NCBI GenBank assembly: GCA_012798695.1 | Contig: JAAZMR010000025.1 | Coordinates: forward strand, 7,659-71,658 | DNA from: Bacillota bacterium | GTDB lineage: Bacteria > Bacillota > Limnochordia > DTU087 | Direction: 5' to 3' | DNA: 64,000 bases | Part shown: piece after piece, positions 52,158-62,174 of the stretch | Layout of the letters: each line of letters opens with the position of its first letter | How positions within the stretch are numbered: the first letter of the stretch is position 1 | Position numbers and translations under genes: made by a program | The notes under the pieces: generated by a model | What the model was told of the DNA's origin: nothing | What the model saw: only the letters and a program-made list of their open reading frames with translations | Database searches by the model: none

Positions 52158-54635
52158 TTACCTAACTACGATATTCACCAATCTGCCAGGCACAACAATT
52201 GTATTGACGATAGTCCGGTTGTCAACATACTCTTGGACACGAGGCCGAGCAAATACCATTTCTTTCACGGTCTCCGCATCGCTTCCCGCCGGAACTACAA
52301 TTCGATCACGTACCTTGCCATTGACCTGGACTACGATGGTGATCTCCTCCGCCTTTGTTGTCGCTTCGTCGTATTGGGGCCAAGGCTGAGAGTGGATGCT
52401 CTCACTATACCCCAACTGATGCCACAGTTCCTCGACCACGTGGGGAGTGAAAGGAGCTAGTACCAAGAGCAGCAGCTCCACACATTCTCTGACAACACCT
52501 AGCTCTTGCTTGGCTACCGGCATGTCTTTGTACTGATACATACCGTTGACCATCTCCATGATGGCACTGATGGCGGTATTGAAGCTAAACCGGTTGGCGA
52601 CATCCTCGGTTACCTTCCTAACACTGCTGTGCACAACCCGTCTCAATTCACGCTCCTTGGGGCCTAGATCCTTTGACACCGATACAGGTGTATCTTTGAT
52701 CAAGTCGATGTATTCCATCACTAGACGCCATACTCGGTTGATGAATCGGTAAGACCCTTCTACTCCTTCATCACTCCACTCCAAATCCTTCTCAGGCGGA
52801 GCGGCAAAGAGAATGAATAGGCGAGCCGTATCAGCTCCATACTGAGCTACGATTCTGTCAGGGTCAACCACATTGCCCTTGGATTTGGACATCTTGGCGC
52901 CATCCTGCAACACCATTCCCTGGGCGAGTAGGTTTTGGAAAGGTATGTCCGTATCGACCAGGCCAAAATCGGCCAACACCATCTGGAAGAAGCGAGAGTA
53001 CATCAAGTGCAGAATCGCGTGCTCCACCCCACCTACATACTGGTCGACCGGCATCCAGGCATCGGCCTTATCCTTGGCAAAGGGCTGCTCATCATTGTAG
53101 GGATCAGCATATCTCAGAAAATACCAGGAAGAATCGATGAAGGTATCCATCGTGTCGGTTTCACGCCTAGCCGGCCCATTACACTTGGGGCAAGAGACCT
53201 TGACGAATTCCTCATAGTCCACCAGTGGTGAGCGGCCCGTGGGCCGGAATTCCACATCGGTGGGGAGCAATACGGGCAAGTCTGTCTCCGGTACTGGTAC
53301 AGCACCACATTTTTCGCAGTAAATAATCGGTATAGGTGTTCCCCAATAACGCTGGCGTGAAATCAGCCAATCCCGGAGACGGTAGTTCACCTTAGGCCCA
53401 CCCTTGCCGACGGTTTCTAGATGGATAGTAATCTTCTGCATGGCTTCTTGATTACCAAGACCCGAAAACTGCCCCGAGTTGACCAAGATGCCGTCATCTA
53501 CATAGGCTTCGCTGGGGCTTACGGCTCCAGCTTCCCCTTCGGGAACTACTACCGTCCGGATCGGCAAACCGTATTTTTTGGCAAAGGCAAAGTCACGGTG
53601 ATCATGAGCTGGTACCCCCATGACTGCTCCAGTTCCGTAACCTCCTAAGACGTAGTTTCCAATGAGAATGGGGATCCGCTCGTTATTCAATGGGTTAATC
53701 GCGTATCTCCCTGTGAGGATTCCCTTTTTCTCTGTTTCCTCCGATGTGCGGGTGATCTCATCTTGGGAAAGTACTTCCTTGAGGAAAGCCCGGATTTCAT
53801 GCTCATACTCCTGACCAGTGACGAGTCTCTCTACCAAAGGATGTTCCGGAGCAAGGACCATATAGGTTACACCAAATACAGTATCGGGCCTGGTAGTAAA
53901 CACCGGCAACTTGTCATCGAAACCCTCAATAGAAAAGATGATCTCCGTACCTTCACTGCGCCCAATCCAATTGGCCTGCATGGCCTTAACCTTTTCCGGC
54001 CATCCTTCTAGCTTATCTAGACCGTCTAACAGGCGATCCGCGTAATCAGTGATCCTGAAGAACCATTGCTCGAGATCAGTCTTTTCCACAACCGCATCAC
54101 ATCGTTCACAAAGCCCTGCCACAACCTGTTCATTGGCCAGTACTGTAGCACAGGAAGGGCACCAGTTGACTGCCGCTCTCTTCCGGTATGCCAACCCATG
54201 TTTATACAGAAGCAAGAACAACCACTGGGTCCATTTATAGTAACCTGGTTCACACGTGGAATATTCACGGTTCCAGTCGTAGCTCAATCCCAGCCGCTTT
54301 AGCTCTCTTCTCATTATGTCGATATTATCCCATGTCCACTTATGGGGATGGATATTGCGTTGGATCGCTGCATTCTCGGCCGGCAAACCAAAAGCATCCC
54401 AGCCCATAGGGTGCAGAACATTGTAGCCTTCCATGCGCTTAAACCTAGCGATTACGTCGCCAATGGCGTAGACACGGACATGCCCCATATGCAAGCGCCC
54501 TGATGGATAAGGAAACATTTCCAAGCAGTAATAGCGCGGGAGATGTGTATCTTCTTTCTCTGCATATAGGTTAGCAGTATCCCAATATTGCTGCCATTTT
54601 CCCTCGATCTCATGAAAATTGTATCTGTTGGTCAT
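52158..54635 (-). CDS. leuS: Leucyl-tRNA synthetase
   Basis: 825 aa. HMGH ([12 protein letters not shown]) and KMSKS motifs, CP1 editing domain. Confidence 0.95.
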   Translation of the reverse strand: MTNRYNFHEIEGKWQQYWDTANLYAEKEDTHLPRYYCLEMFPYPSGRLHMGHVRVYAIGDVIARFKRMEGYNVLHPMGWDAFGLPAENAAIQRNIHPHKWTWDNIDIMRRELKRLGLSYDWNREYSTCEPGYYKWTQWLFLLLYKHGLAYRKRAAVNWCPSCATVLANEQVVAGLCERCDAVVEKTDLEQWFFRITDYADRLLDGLDKLEGWPEKVKAMQANWIGRSEGTEIIFSIEGFDDKLPVFTTRPDTVFGVTYMVLAPEHPLVERLVTGQEYEHEIRAFLKEVLSQDEITRTSEETEKKGILTGRYAINPLNNERIPILIGNYVLGGYGTGAVMGVPAHDHRDFAFAKKYGLPIRTVVVPEGEAGAVSPSEAYVDDGILVNSGQFSGLGNQEAMQKITIHLETVGKGGPKVNYRLRDWLISRQRYWGTPIPIIYCEKCGAVPVPETDLPVLLPTDVEFRPTGRSPLVDYEEFVKVSCPKCNGPARRETDTMDTFIDSSWYFLRYADPYNDEQPFAKDKADAWMPVDQYVGGVEHAILHLMYSRFFQMVLADFGLVDTDIPFQNLLAQGMVLQDGAKMSKSKGNVVDPDRIVAQYGADTARLFILFAAPPEKDLEWSDEGVEGSYRFINRVWRLVMEYIDLIKDTPVSVSKDLGPKERELRRVVHSSVRKVTEDVANRFSFNTAISAIMEMVNGMYQYKDMPVAKQELGVVRECVELLLLVLAPFTPHVVEELWHQLGYSESIHSQPWPQYDEATTKAEEITIVVQVNGKVRDRIVVPAGSDAETVKEMVFARPRVQEYVDNRTIVNTIVVPGRLVNIVVR

Positions 54636-54678
54636 GCGACTTCCCCCGTTCCTAACTAGTTTGCTTCACGGTGCGATC

Positions 54679-54930
54679 AAAAAATCTCGCCCCCCTAAGG
54701 GACGAGATCTTATTCTACCCGCGTTACCACCCTCGTTGATGACCCTAAACAACCCACCCAACTGCTCTGCAGCCATTAGACATTCACAGTACTCGGGCCA
54801 TCCTCTCTCAGCATGCTAACGTTTGCCACCCGGAACCGGCTACTACATCCTTCACCGGTCCATCTCCGAGGCGAGTTTCAGCCGACCTTGAGTACCGGCT
54901 TCCACCTAACCCGGCTCTCTAGTTCCCAAA
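54679..54930 (-). promoter_or_regulatory. T-box riboswitch leader of leuS (probable Leu CUC specifier)
   Basis: Minus-sense leader contains Stem I with AGAGA/GA motif, a specifier-loop candidate gaaaCUCg, the T-box sequence aacgAGGGTGGTAaCGCGgg, and terminator atctcgtccc-ttag-gggggcgagat + TTTTTT just upstream of the leuS SD. Confidence 0.75.
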
Positions 54931-55018
54931 AAGCCAAACCTACTATTCCTCTTCCTTGATGTTGCCTATTTTCTTGTATACAGTCATTATATGCAATGCT
55001 CCCAGAAAGATCAACATC

Positions 55019-55048
55019 GCATAACCCCAACCCATTCCACCCATACTA
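55019..55048 (+). promoter_or_regulatory. Forespore sigma-G/F-type promoter for spoVA operon (GCATA-N18-CATACTA)
   Basis: GCATA at 55019 and CATACTA at 55042 match the sigma-G consensus GHATR-N17/18-CATNNTA. ~40 nt upstream of the spoVAC SD. Confidence 0.4.
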
Positions 55049-55087
55049 TATTCACTGAGAAAAGCAAAGTATGGGGAGGACAAGCCT

Positions 55088-55549
55088 TTGGATAAAGCTA
55101 AACAGGATCTGCATACTCGCTACCAACAGATGGTAAAAGAGGCAACGCCTAAGCCTAACTATTGGAAGAACACTGCTTGGGCCTTCCTCACTGGTGGCGT
55201 GATCTGTACTATAGGCCAACTGGCGTATAACCTCTTTGCTAGGATTGAGCCCACTCAGCTAGAGACAACCGCCGCCACTTTAGCGGCAATGATTGCCCTA
55301 GGTGCTCTGGCAACAGGCTTGGGGGTCTATGATTGGCTGGCGGAACATGCGGGCATGGGAGCTGCTGTACCTATTACCGGATTCTCCAATACAGTCACGG
55401 CGGCGGCCATGGATTTCAAGCAAGAAGGATACATTCTAGGGATGGGCTCCAAAATGTTCACAATAGCAGGCCCTGTATTAGTCTACGGCATTCTCAGCAG
55501 TTTTGTGATCAGTCTCCTACGAGCGGTGCTGAGCAACATCCTGCTCTAG
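55088..55549 (+). CDS. spoVAC: Stage V sporulation protein AC (SpoVAC, mechanosensitive DPA channel component)
   Basis: 153 aa, 4-TM. Conserved SpoVAC motifs (AFLTGG.IC..GQ, ITGFSNTV). TTG start 7 nt after GGGGAGGA. Confidence 0.85.
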   Translation: MDKAKQDLHTRYQQMVKEATPKPNYWKNTAWAFLTGGVICTIGQLAYNLFARIEPTQLETTAATLAAMIALGALATGLGVYDWLAEHAGMGAAVPITGFSNTVTAAAMDFKQEGYILGMGSKMFTIAGPVLVYGILSSFVISLLRAVLSNILL

Positions 55550-55577
55550 TGACACCTCGACACATGGGAGGTTCCCT

Positions 55578-56585
55578 ATGTCAGAAAAACGCCAGGGTCT
55601 GCATACTATAGTATTTCCCCAGTCGCCACGCATCATTGCTTCAGCTACCATAGCTGGTCCGAAAGAAGGAGATGGCAACCTAGGCCATTATATCGATCAA
55701 CTTGTATCTGATCCGCTGATGGGGGAGATTACTCCCGAAAAGGCAGAGCGGCGGCTGCTGTACCAGGTGTGTAACGATGCCCTGACCAAGACAAGTCTCA
55801 CAGAAAAGGACATCAGCTTTTTCATAGGTGGCGATCTGCTCAATCAGATTATCGCTTCTAGTTACTGTGCTCGGGATTTGGGCATCCCTTTTCTCGGCAT
55901 CTATGGTGCCTGCTCCAGCATCGTGGAAGGCCTGGGTTTGGGTGCATTAATGATCGATGGGCAGTATGCTGATACCGTTTTGGTAGCCACATCCAGCCAC
56001 TATCATGCCAGTGAGCGACAGTTTCGCAGCCCCATCGAACTCAACATTCAGCATAAGGCCAGCGACCAGTGGACGGTAACCGGAGCCGCAGCCGCAGTAT
56101 TAGGCAGCCGGGGAGAAGGCCCCAAAGTCACCAAAGCCACTTTTGGACGCGTATTGGATTATGGGATCAAGCGCCCCACTGATATGGGAGCCGCCATGGC
56201 ACCTGCCGCCACCGATACCCTTTGCCGCCATTTTCGAGACACCAATACATCGCCCGGTGACTATGACCTGATTCTCACCGGGGACCTAGGCAGCATTGGC
56301 CAGAAGCTGTTCTCTCACCTAATCAAGGAGTCAGGGTATGCGTTAGGTACCAAGCATATCGATATAGGTGCTGCGATGTATAAACCCCAGCAAAGGGCTG
56401 GTGCCGGCGGCAGCGGCTGCGCCTGTTCGGCCCTTGGCATCTTAGGTTATGTGATCAAGGAGATGTACCGAGGCAAGTATCGCCGTGTTCTAGCCATCGC
56501 TACCGGTGCCCTATTTAGCCCTTTGTCCTATCAGCAGGGTGATAGCATTACCGGCATTGCCCATGGGATAGTAATAGAAAGCTAG
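55578..56585 (+). CDS. spoVAD: Stage V sporulation protein AD (SpoVAD, DPA-binding thiolase-like)
   Basis: 335 aa thiolase/KAS-like fold. Operonic between spoVAC and spoVAEb. Confidence 0.85.
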   Translation: MSEKRQGLHTIVFPQSPRIIASATIAGPKEGDGNLGHYIDQLVSDPLMGEITPEKAERRLLYQVCNDALTKTSLTEKDISFFIGGDLLNQIIASSYCARDLGIPFLGIYGACSSIVEGLGLGALMIDGQYADTVLVATSSHYHASERQFRSPIELNIQHKASDQWTVTGAAAAVLGSRGEGPKVTKATFGRVLDYGIKRPTDMGAAMAPAATDTLCRHFRDTNTSPGDYDLILTGDLGSIGQKLFSHLIKESGYALGTKHIDIGAAMYKPQQRAGAGGSGCACSALGILGYVIKEMYRGKYRRVLAIATGALFSPLSYQQGDSITGIAHGIVIES

Positions 56586-56615
56586 CCATAATGGGTCAGA
56601 AAGAGGGTAAAGGTT

Positions 56616-56966
56616 GTGGATTATCTCAAAGCATTCTTGGTCGGCGGCGCAATCTGTGCTCTAGCCCAGATTATCTATGACAATACCAAACTGACACCTG
56701 CCCACATACTCGTCGCCTTCACCGTTGCCGGTGCTATCTTAGGGGGGCTGGGCGTTTATGAGACCCTAACCCGGTTTGCCGGCGCCGGCGCCATTATCCC
56801 AGTCAGCGGATTCGGCAATGCTATCGTAACCGGCATGCTCAACGAAGTCAAACGTTTGGGTTGGGAAGGCTTGTTTACAGGTGCCTTTGAAATCACCGGA
56901 CTAGGTGTTACAACCGCAATCGTATTTGGCAGTCTGATGGCTGTACTCTTTCGGCCCAGAGACTAA
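56616..56966 (+). CDS. spoVAEB: Stage V sporulation protein AEb (SpoVAEb)
   Basis: 116 aa, 3-4 TM, paralogous to SpoVAC (GFGNAIVTGM). Terminal gene of the tricistronic spoVA operon. Confidence 0.8.
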   Translation: MDYLKAFLVGGAICALAQIIYDNTKLTPAHILVAFTVAGAILGGLGVYETLTRFAGAGAIIPVSGFGNAIVTGMLNEVKRLGWEGLFTGAFEITGLGVTTAIVFGSLMAVLFRPRD

Positions 56967-56971
56967 ACACC

Positions 56972-57838
56972 CTAAGGTTTGCGGCAGTGGAAGGTAATGC
57001 GCTCTGTTGTAGGCTTTGGAGAAACAAGAGTCAAGTCATCATACTGGCCGAGCACTTCCAGCCCGACAGTCGTCAGCAGACTACCAACAAGCTCTGGTGA
57101 AAAAGCTCTCTGCACATGGCTCTCCATAATCCTTTCGAATAGCCCTGTTTGCCGCGGTTCACCCTCATCCCCGATTTCCGCAACCGGGATGAAGAAAGTC
57201 AGGTCCATATAGCAAAGCTTGGTATCCGGCTGGTACTCATTTTGCCATATATAGGCATATTCACCTAGATCAGCAGCATAGGTATTGTCGCCATACACGG
57301 CAGCCAACTTGTGTTCGGTGTTGATATCGAAGACAAACTGGCCACCAGGTTCCAATACCCGGACCACATTATGGAAAGCAGCTGCTAGATCATCTGGTTC
57401 AAGAAGGTAGTTTAAGCTATCGCAAAGGCATAAAACTAGATCATAGCTTGCGGGCAGCTCCAGAGAGCGCATATCCTGTTGAACAAACCTGACATCCAAG
57501 TCCATGCTTCTAGTCTTGGCCTCAGCCACAGCCAGCATTTCTGAGGAAACATCAACAGCTGTTACATCCAGGCCCCGTTGCCGTAGGCGGTAGGCAAACT
57601 GGCCGGTCCCACAGGCCAGATCTAATACCCGTAGCGGCTTTACCTGATCAACAGCCGCAGACTGCTGCCTAATCCTACCGGCCACAACAGTAACCGGGTC
57701 CTGGCAAGCCACTGCTGGCTCTACCAGGCTCAGTACATAATCACACCAGTAATCATAATCGATCTCATCCATCAACTGATCGTAATACCCGGCTAGTACT
57801 TCATAGGCACTGGCCTGCCTTGGCAAATCACCTGTCAT
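56972..57838 (-). CDS. Class I SAM-dependent methyltransferase (YqeM-like)
   Basis: VLDLACGTGQF SAM motif I. 288 aa. In the yqeM position next to rsfS. Confidence 0.7.
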   Translation of the reverse strand: MTGDLPRQASAYEVLAGYYDQLMDEIDYDYWCDYVLSLVEPAVACQDPVTVVAGRIRQQSAAVDQVKPLRVLDLACGTGQFAYRLRQRGLDVTAVDVSSEMLAVAEAKTRSMDLDVRFVQQDMRSLELPASYDLVLCLCDSLNYLLEPDDLAAAFHNVVRVLEPGGQFVFDINTEHKLAAVYGDNTYAADLGEYAYIWQNEYQPDTKLCYMDLTFFIPVAEIGDEGEPRQTGLFERIMESHVQRAFSPELVGSLLTTVGLEVLGQYDDLTLVSPKPTTERITFHCRKP

Positions 57839-57853
57839 TTTGCAATCTATCCC

Positions 57854-58258
57854 CTATTCACTTAGGGCCTTACGTACCACTTCTTGGCTGTTTTCCCCAT
57901 CACTGAGCTCAGCTTCCCAGTCCACCTCGAGGGCATCTCCCCAGAGATTGTCCAGATCATAAAACTCCCGCTCAGCATGGTGAAATACGTGTACGATTAC
58001 ATCCCCCAGATCAACTAACACCCAACGGGCATCATCGGCACCTTCCCGCCGCTTGATCTTGAGCTCATCATCCTTTACCTCGTCGAAAATTGCTCCAGTA
58101 ATGCCCCTAAGATGTACCATAGATTCACCACTACAGATCACAAAATAATCGGCAATCAGCGTCACTGACCGCATGTCCAGCACCCGAATATCCAGGGCCT
58201 TGCGATCGGAAGCCGCCTGCGCCACCCGCAACGCGATATTACGAATATCCAGTATCAT
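57854..58258 (-). CDS. rsfS: Ribosomal silencing factor RsfS (Iojap family)
   Basis: 134 aa. DYFVICSG...WVLVDLGDVIVHVF iojap signature. Confidence 0.9.
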   Translation of the reverse strand: MILDIRNIALRVAQAASDRKALDIRVLDMRSVTLIADYFVICSGESMVHLRGITGAIFDEVKDDELKIKRREGADDARWVLVDLGDVIVHVFHHAEREFYDLDNLWGDALEVDWEAELSDGENSQEVVRKALSE

Positions 58259-58309
58259 CGCTCCTTCCTTGGATAAACTTCATCAAAACAGGTTCTCTTA
58301 TGCGAACCA

Positions 58310-59620
58310 CTAGAACTGTGGTACTGAGAAGTTCTCTCCTACGATTACCATGACATCGTAACGTCCATCTCCCCAGGCCACAGTTCCAGCATCCTCACCA
58401 TCTATGATCTTGGCATCGAAAATCTGGGCTATCTGTGCTCCCACATCCCGCCGAGCTGGTTTGACTATCACTTCGGTCTCCCGATAGCCAAAGCTCTGGG
58501 CATCCCGCACATCAATCACTTGATAGCCCCGCTCCCTCAGCCTTTCCGCCGCATAACCTGCGGCACCGGCAGCTCCACTGCCATTGAGTACTTGAATGGT
58601 AACAGGCTCTATGCCCCTCACTAGTTGGTCAACTAAAACCTGAGTGGCATCCTCGTTTAGTATCCAGTAGCTGGCACCGTTAATAGTCTCCCCAATTCCC
58701 GGAAGTAAGGCTGTGATAACCGAATCGCTGGTAAAATCCCGCACACCCAAGCCTAAACTTAACATCTGAGTGACTGGCATGTTAGTAGTCACACAGTCTC
58801 GCAGCTGTAGGAACAGGCTTGGCAGTTTAGTAATGACCGAGGGCTGCAGGACTTGGTGCACCAAAGCATTGATGAACTTCTGCTGCCTTAGGATGCGGCC
58901 CCCATATTCGCCCTTGGCTGGGTCCACTAATGCAACATCACCAAGCCCATCAGCGCGATAACGAACATAGGCCAGTGCATCAGCACCATTGAGTACTTGC
59001 AGGCCTGGGTAAAGATTAATATGCAGGTTCTGGGCATAGTCATCGTATTTCATCCGCCGTTCAACATCGATCTCTACCCCTCCGAGGATATCCACCAGCT
59101 GCTCAAACCCATTGAAATCAACCTTGACATAATACTTGACGGGCACACCTAGAAACTTGGAGACTGTAGACATCGCCAGGCGAGGTCCTCCATAGGCATG
59201 GGCAGAGTTCAGTTTCTCATAACCCCGCCTTCCAGGTATGCGCACCCGGGTATCCCGCGGTAGTGAAATCAGTGATACCCGCCCTTTCGCTTGATCGATA
59301 CTCGCCAGAATCATGGTATCTGTACGACCGGGGTCATCAGGCCTTTCATCTATGCCCAAGACAAGGATATTCACGGGTTCGAGACTTGCCTGAGAACCTT
59401 TATCCACATCAAATCCACTTGATCCATCTCCCGTTTGCGTACTATAGGAAAACCTCACACCTTTATGATAAGTGTAGTATGCCGTTCCCACCACAAGTAA
59501 AATAGCGAGAATAATCATGAGCCCATAGTAGATCCTCCGCAACCGGCGGCGTTCCCGCTTCTGTCGGCGTTTCTCCTGCAACTCCTGACGTTTGAGTTCT
59601 AGTTCCTCCGGTGTCAACAT
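58310..59620 (-). CDS. LCP family protein (LytR-CpsA-Psr cell-envelope glycopolymer transferase)
   Basis: N-terminal TM. LCP core (ILVLGIDERPDDPGRTDTMILASID...LISLPRDT). C-terminal LytR_C-like domain. Confidence 0.8.
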   Translation of the reverse strand: MLTPEELELKRQELQEKRRQKRERRRLRRIYYGLMIILAILLVVGTAYYTYHKGVRFSYSTQTGDGSSGFDVDKGSQASLEPVNILVLGIDERPDDPGRTDTMILASIDQAKGRVSLISLPRDTRVRIPGRRGYEKLNSAHAYGGPRLAMSTVSKFLGVPVKYYVKVDFNGFEQLVDILGGVEIDVERRMKYDDYAQNLHINLYPGLQVLNGADALAYVRYRADGLGDVALVDPAKGEYGGRILRQQKFINALVHQVLQPSVITKLPSLFLQLRDCVTTNMPVTQMLSLGLGVRDFTSDSVITALLPGIGETINGASYWILNEDATQVLVDQLVRGIEPVTIQVLNGSGAAGAAGYAAERLRERGYQVIDVRDAQSFGYRETEVIVKPARRDVGAQIAQIFDAKIIDGEDAGTVAWGDGRYDVMVIVGENFSVPQF

Positions 59621-59676
59621 GGCCTTGACCCCCTTTCGTTGAGATTATCCCACGGCTTGGTGCTGCCAATTCCTAG

Positions 59677-60264
59677 TCATTTAGATCCTTTATCCATACT
59701 CAATAGCCAATTGCGGGCTGCTACAGTTCGAGGATGAATCATCAACCCTCGTTCGATCACATGCATTAGTGTCAAATCCATGGCTCGGAGCACGGCCCCA
59801 TCCAAGTCGCGGCATGCTGCCTCCCGCAGCTCGTCCACTCCCGGGAAACTTCGGTTGGGCTCCACATAGTCCGCTAAATAGACTATTTTTTCTAATAATG
59901 ACATCCACACCCTGCCTGTGGTGTGGTAGCGAATAGCGGACAGCATCTCTTCATCAGTGATGCCAAACTCTCGTCGGGCCAGTTCCGCACTGACTGGACC
60001 ATGCAGCAAATGGCTTTCTACTTCTTCAATCTCATCCATAACTATACCAAATTCTAACACCCTGTTCAACAGGATATTCCTGGACGGGCTCTTACCACAA
60101 TCATGTACCAGGCCTGCCATTTGAGCTTTTTCCACACTGGCATCATAGCGTTTGGCCAACTGCGCGGCAGCCTCCGCTGCACCTAGTGAATGTCTATATC
60201 GTTCCGGTGACAGCATCTGCTGCAGGCTTTGTTTGATAAGCTCCACCGATAAAATAGTAATCAC
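59677..60264 (-). CDS. yqeK: HD-domain protein YqeK (bis(5'-nucleosyl)-tetraphosphatase family)
   Basis: HSLGAAE...GLVHDCGK HD motif. 195 aa. 4-nt overlap with nadD. Confidence 0.8.
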   Translation of the reverse strand: MITILSVELIKQSLQQMLSPERYRHSLGAAEAAAQLAKRYDASVEKAQMAGLVHDCGKSPSRNILLNRVLEFGIVMDEIEEVESHLLHGPVSAELARREFGITDEEMLSAIRYHTTGRVWMSLLEKIVYLADYVEPNRSFPGVDELREAACRDLDGAVLRAMDLTLMHVIERGLMIHPRTVAARNWLLSMDKGSK

Positions 60265-60905
60265 CTTTCTGGGCTAGTTCCATAGAGGCCTTCATTGTTG
60301 ATATATGCAACCACCGTCTCAGGCACTAGATACCGGATGGATCTGCCTTCAACCAATCGACGGCGCAGACCTGTAGATGACAAGCCCACCGGTGGTACTT
60401 CCAGAATATGAATACGGTCCCGAAACTCTGCATAAAGGGGCCCAATGGCCTGAGACAACTGATCTAAACCATAACCCGGCCGAGTCACGGCGATAAATTC
60501 TGCCATACTCAAGACTTGATCCGGGGATTTCCAACTCAAAATCTCCAGTATCGCATCAGCCCCGGTAATGAAGTACATCTGCACTGCCGGTGGCAGCTGG
60601 CTCTTGAGATCAGCCAGAGTATCAACTGTATAGGTCACTCCACCCCGATCCAAATCCACCCGAGAAATCTCGAAATACGGATTAGACATAATGGCTAGTA
60701 ATGTCATCAAGTACCGGTGCCGAGCCGGGGTAACTTCCTCCTTGGCCTTGTGGGGAGGGATACCCGCCGGAACGAAAATGATTTTCTCCAGAGAAAAAGC
60801 CTCTCGGGCGGCCTCAGCCACCACCAAATGGCCGTAGTGAATTGGATCAAAGGTACCACCCATAATCCCAATACGCCCGGCCTGCGCTTCCGTCATTACC
60901 ACCAC
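60261..60905 (-). CDS. nadD: Nicotinate-nucleotide adenylyltransferase NadD
   Basis: GIMGGTFDPIHYGHL (H/T)xGH motif. 214 aa. Confidence 0.9.
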   Translation of the reverse strand: MVVMTEAQAGRIGIMGGTFDPIHYGHLVVAEAAREAFSLEKIIFVPAGIPPHKAKEEVTPARHRYLMTLLAIMSNPYFEISRVDLDRGGVTYTVDTLADLKSQLPPAVQMYFITGADAILEILSWKSPDQVLSMAEFIAVTRPGYGLDQLSQAIGPLYAEFRDRIHILEVPPVGLSSTGLRRRLVEGRSIRYLVPETVVAYINNEGLYGTSPER

Positions 60906-60911
60906 ACCTCA

Positions 60912-62174
60912 TTACCGGATGTGTCCATTGCCATAAATCACAAATTTCGTACATGTGAGTTCCTCTAAACCCATGGGGCCCCTGGCATGCAGCTTCTGAG
61001 TTGAGATGCCAATCTCGGCACCCAGACCGAACTGCTGGCCATCGGTAAACCGGGTGGAGGCATTTACATATACCGCTGCCGCATCTACCAGTCCCAAGAA
61101 CCGGCGAGCAGCAGCGTAATCCTTAGTCAGTATAGCTTCAGAGTGGCCTGTCCCATGCTGCTCTATATGGCTGACGGCTTCTTCCATGCCATCTACCACC
61201 TTAATCGCCAGGATGAGATCGAGGTACTCTGTGTCCCAGTCATCCAATGTGGCAGCCTCAATCCAAGGTATGATCGCCTGACACGCACTACAGCCCTTGA
61301 GGATTACCCCTCGAGCCTGCAAATCCCTAGCCAAAGATGGTAGAAAGTCCTGGGCCAGCTTTCGATGTACCAAGAGAGTTTCCAGTGCATTACAGACACC
61401 GGGGCGTTGGCACTTGGCATTAATGATGATCTCTCTCGCTTGAGCCAGATCAGCACTTTCGTCAACAAAAATGTGGCAATTGCCTTCACCGGTATGAATT
61501 ACAGGGACTGTGGCGTTTTCCATCACTGAGCGAATTAAGCCTCTGCCACCCCGCGGGATCAGCACATCCACTAGCCCGGTTTGTCGCATCAGTGCTTGAG
61601 CAGAAGCCCGGTCCGTCTCCTCAATCAGCTGTATGGATTCTGCCGGCAAGGAAGTCGCCTGCAGAGCTTTTCGCATGACGGCGACTAAAGCAACATTAGA
61701 ACACAGCGCCTCAGAACCGCCTCTGAGGATCACCGTGTTGCCGGCTTTTAGGCAAAGCCCAGCTGCATCCACGGTTACATTGGGCCGAGCCTCGTAAATC
61801 ATGGCGATTACCCCTAGCGGTACCCTCACCCGCCCTACTTCCATCCCATTAGGTCTCTTACTCATTGATACGGTCACCCCAATGGGATCTGGTAGAGCGG
61901 CCACTTCCCTTAGGCCTGCGGCCGCAGCTAAGAGCCTGCCCTCATCCAAAGTAAGCCGGTCGATCAAAGCTGTTGAGATACCTTTGGCCCGAGCAGCGGC
62001 CACATCCTCCCTATTTGCCGCCAGAATCGCTTTCTGCTCTTTCTCCAAAGCAGCGGCCATAGCAAGCAGGGCAGTATTCTTCTCTACAGTGGAGGCATTC
62101 CGCAACTGGCTAGCAGCTGCTTTGGCCGCCACAGCTTGTTTGCGCACCCTGTTGGCAGCACTTGCTGGATTCAC
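60912..62174 (-). CDS. proA: Gamma-glutamyl phosphate reductase ProA
   Basis: 420 aa aldehyde-dehydrogenase fold with ProA motifs. 4-nt overlap with proB. Confidence 0.9.
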   Translation of the reverse strand: MNPASAANRVRKQAVAAKAAASQLRNASTVEKNTALLAMAAALEKEQKAILAANREDVAAARAKGISTALIDRLTLDEGRLLAAAAGLREVAALPDPIGVTVSMSKRPNGMEVGRVRVPLGVIAMIYEARPNVTVDAAGLCLKAGNTVILRGGSEALCSNVALVAVMRKALQATSLPAESIQLIEETDRASAQALMRQTGLVDVLIPRGGRGLIRSVMENATVPVIHTGEGNCHIFVDESADLAQAREIIINAKCQRPGVCNALETLLVHRKLAQDFLPSLARDLQARGVILKGCSACQAIIPWIEAATLDDWDTEYLDLILAIKVVDGMEEAVSHIEQHGTGHSEAILTKDYAAARRFLGLVDAAAVYVNASTRFTDGQQFGLGAEIGISTQKLHARGPMGLEELTCTKFVIYGNGHIR

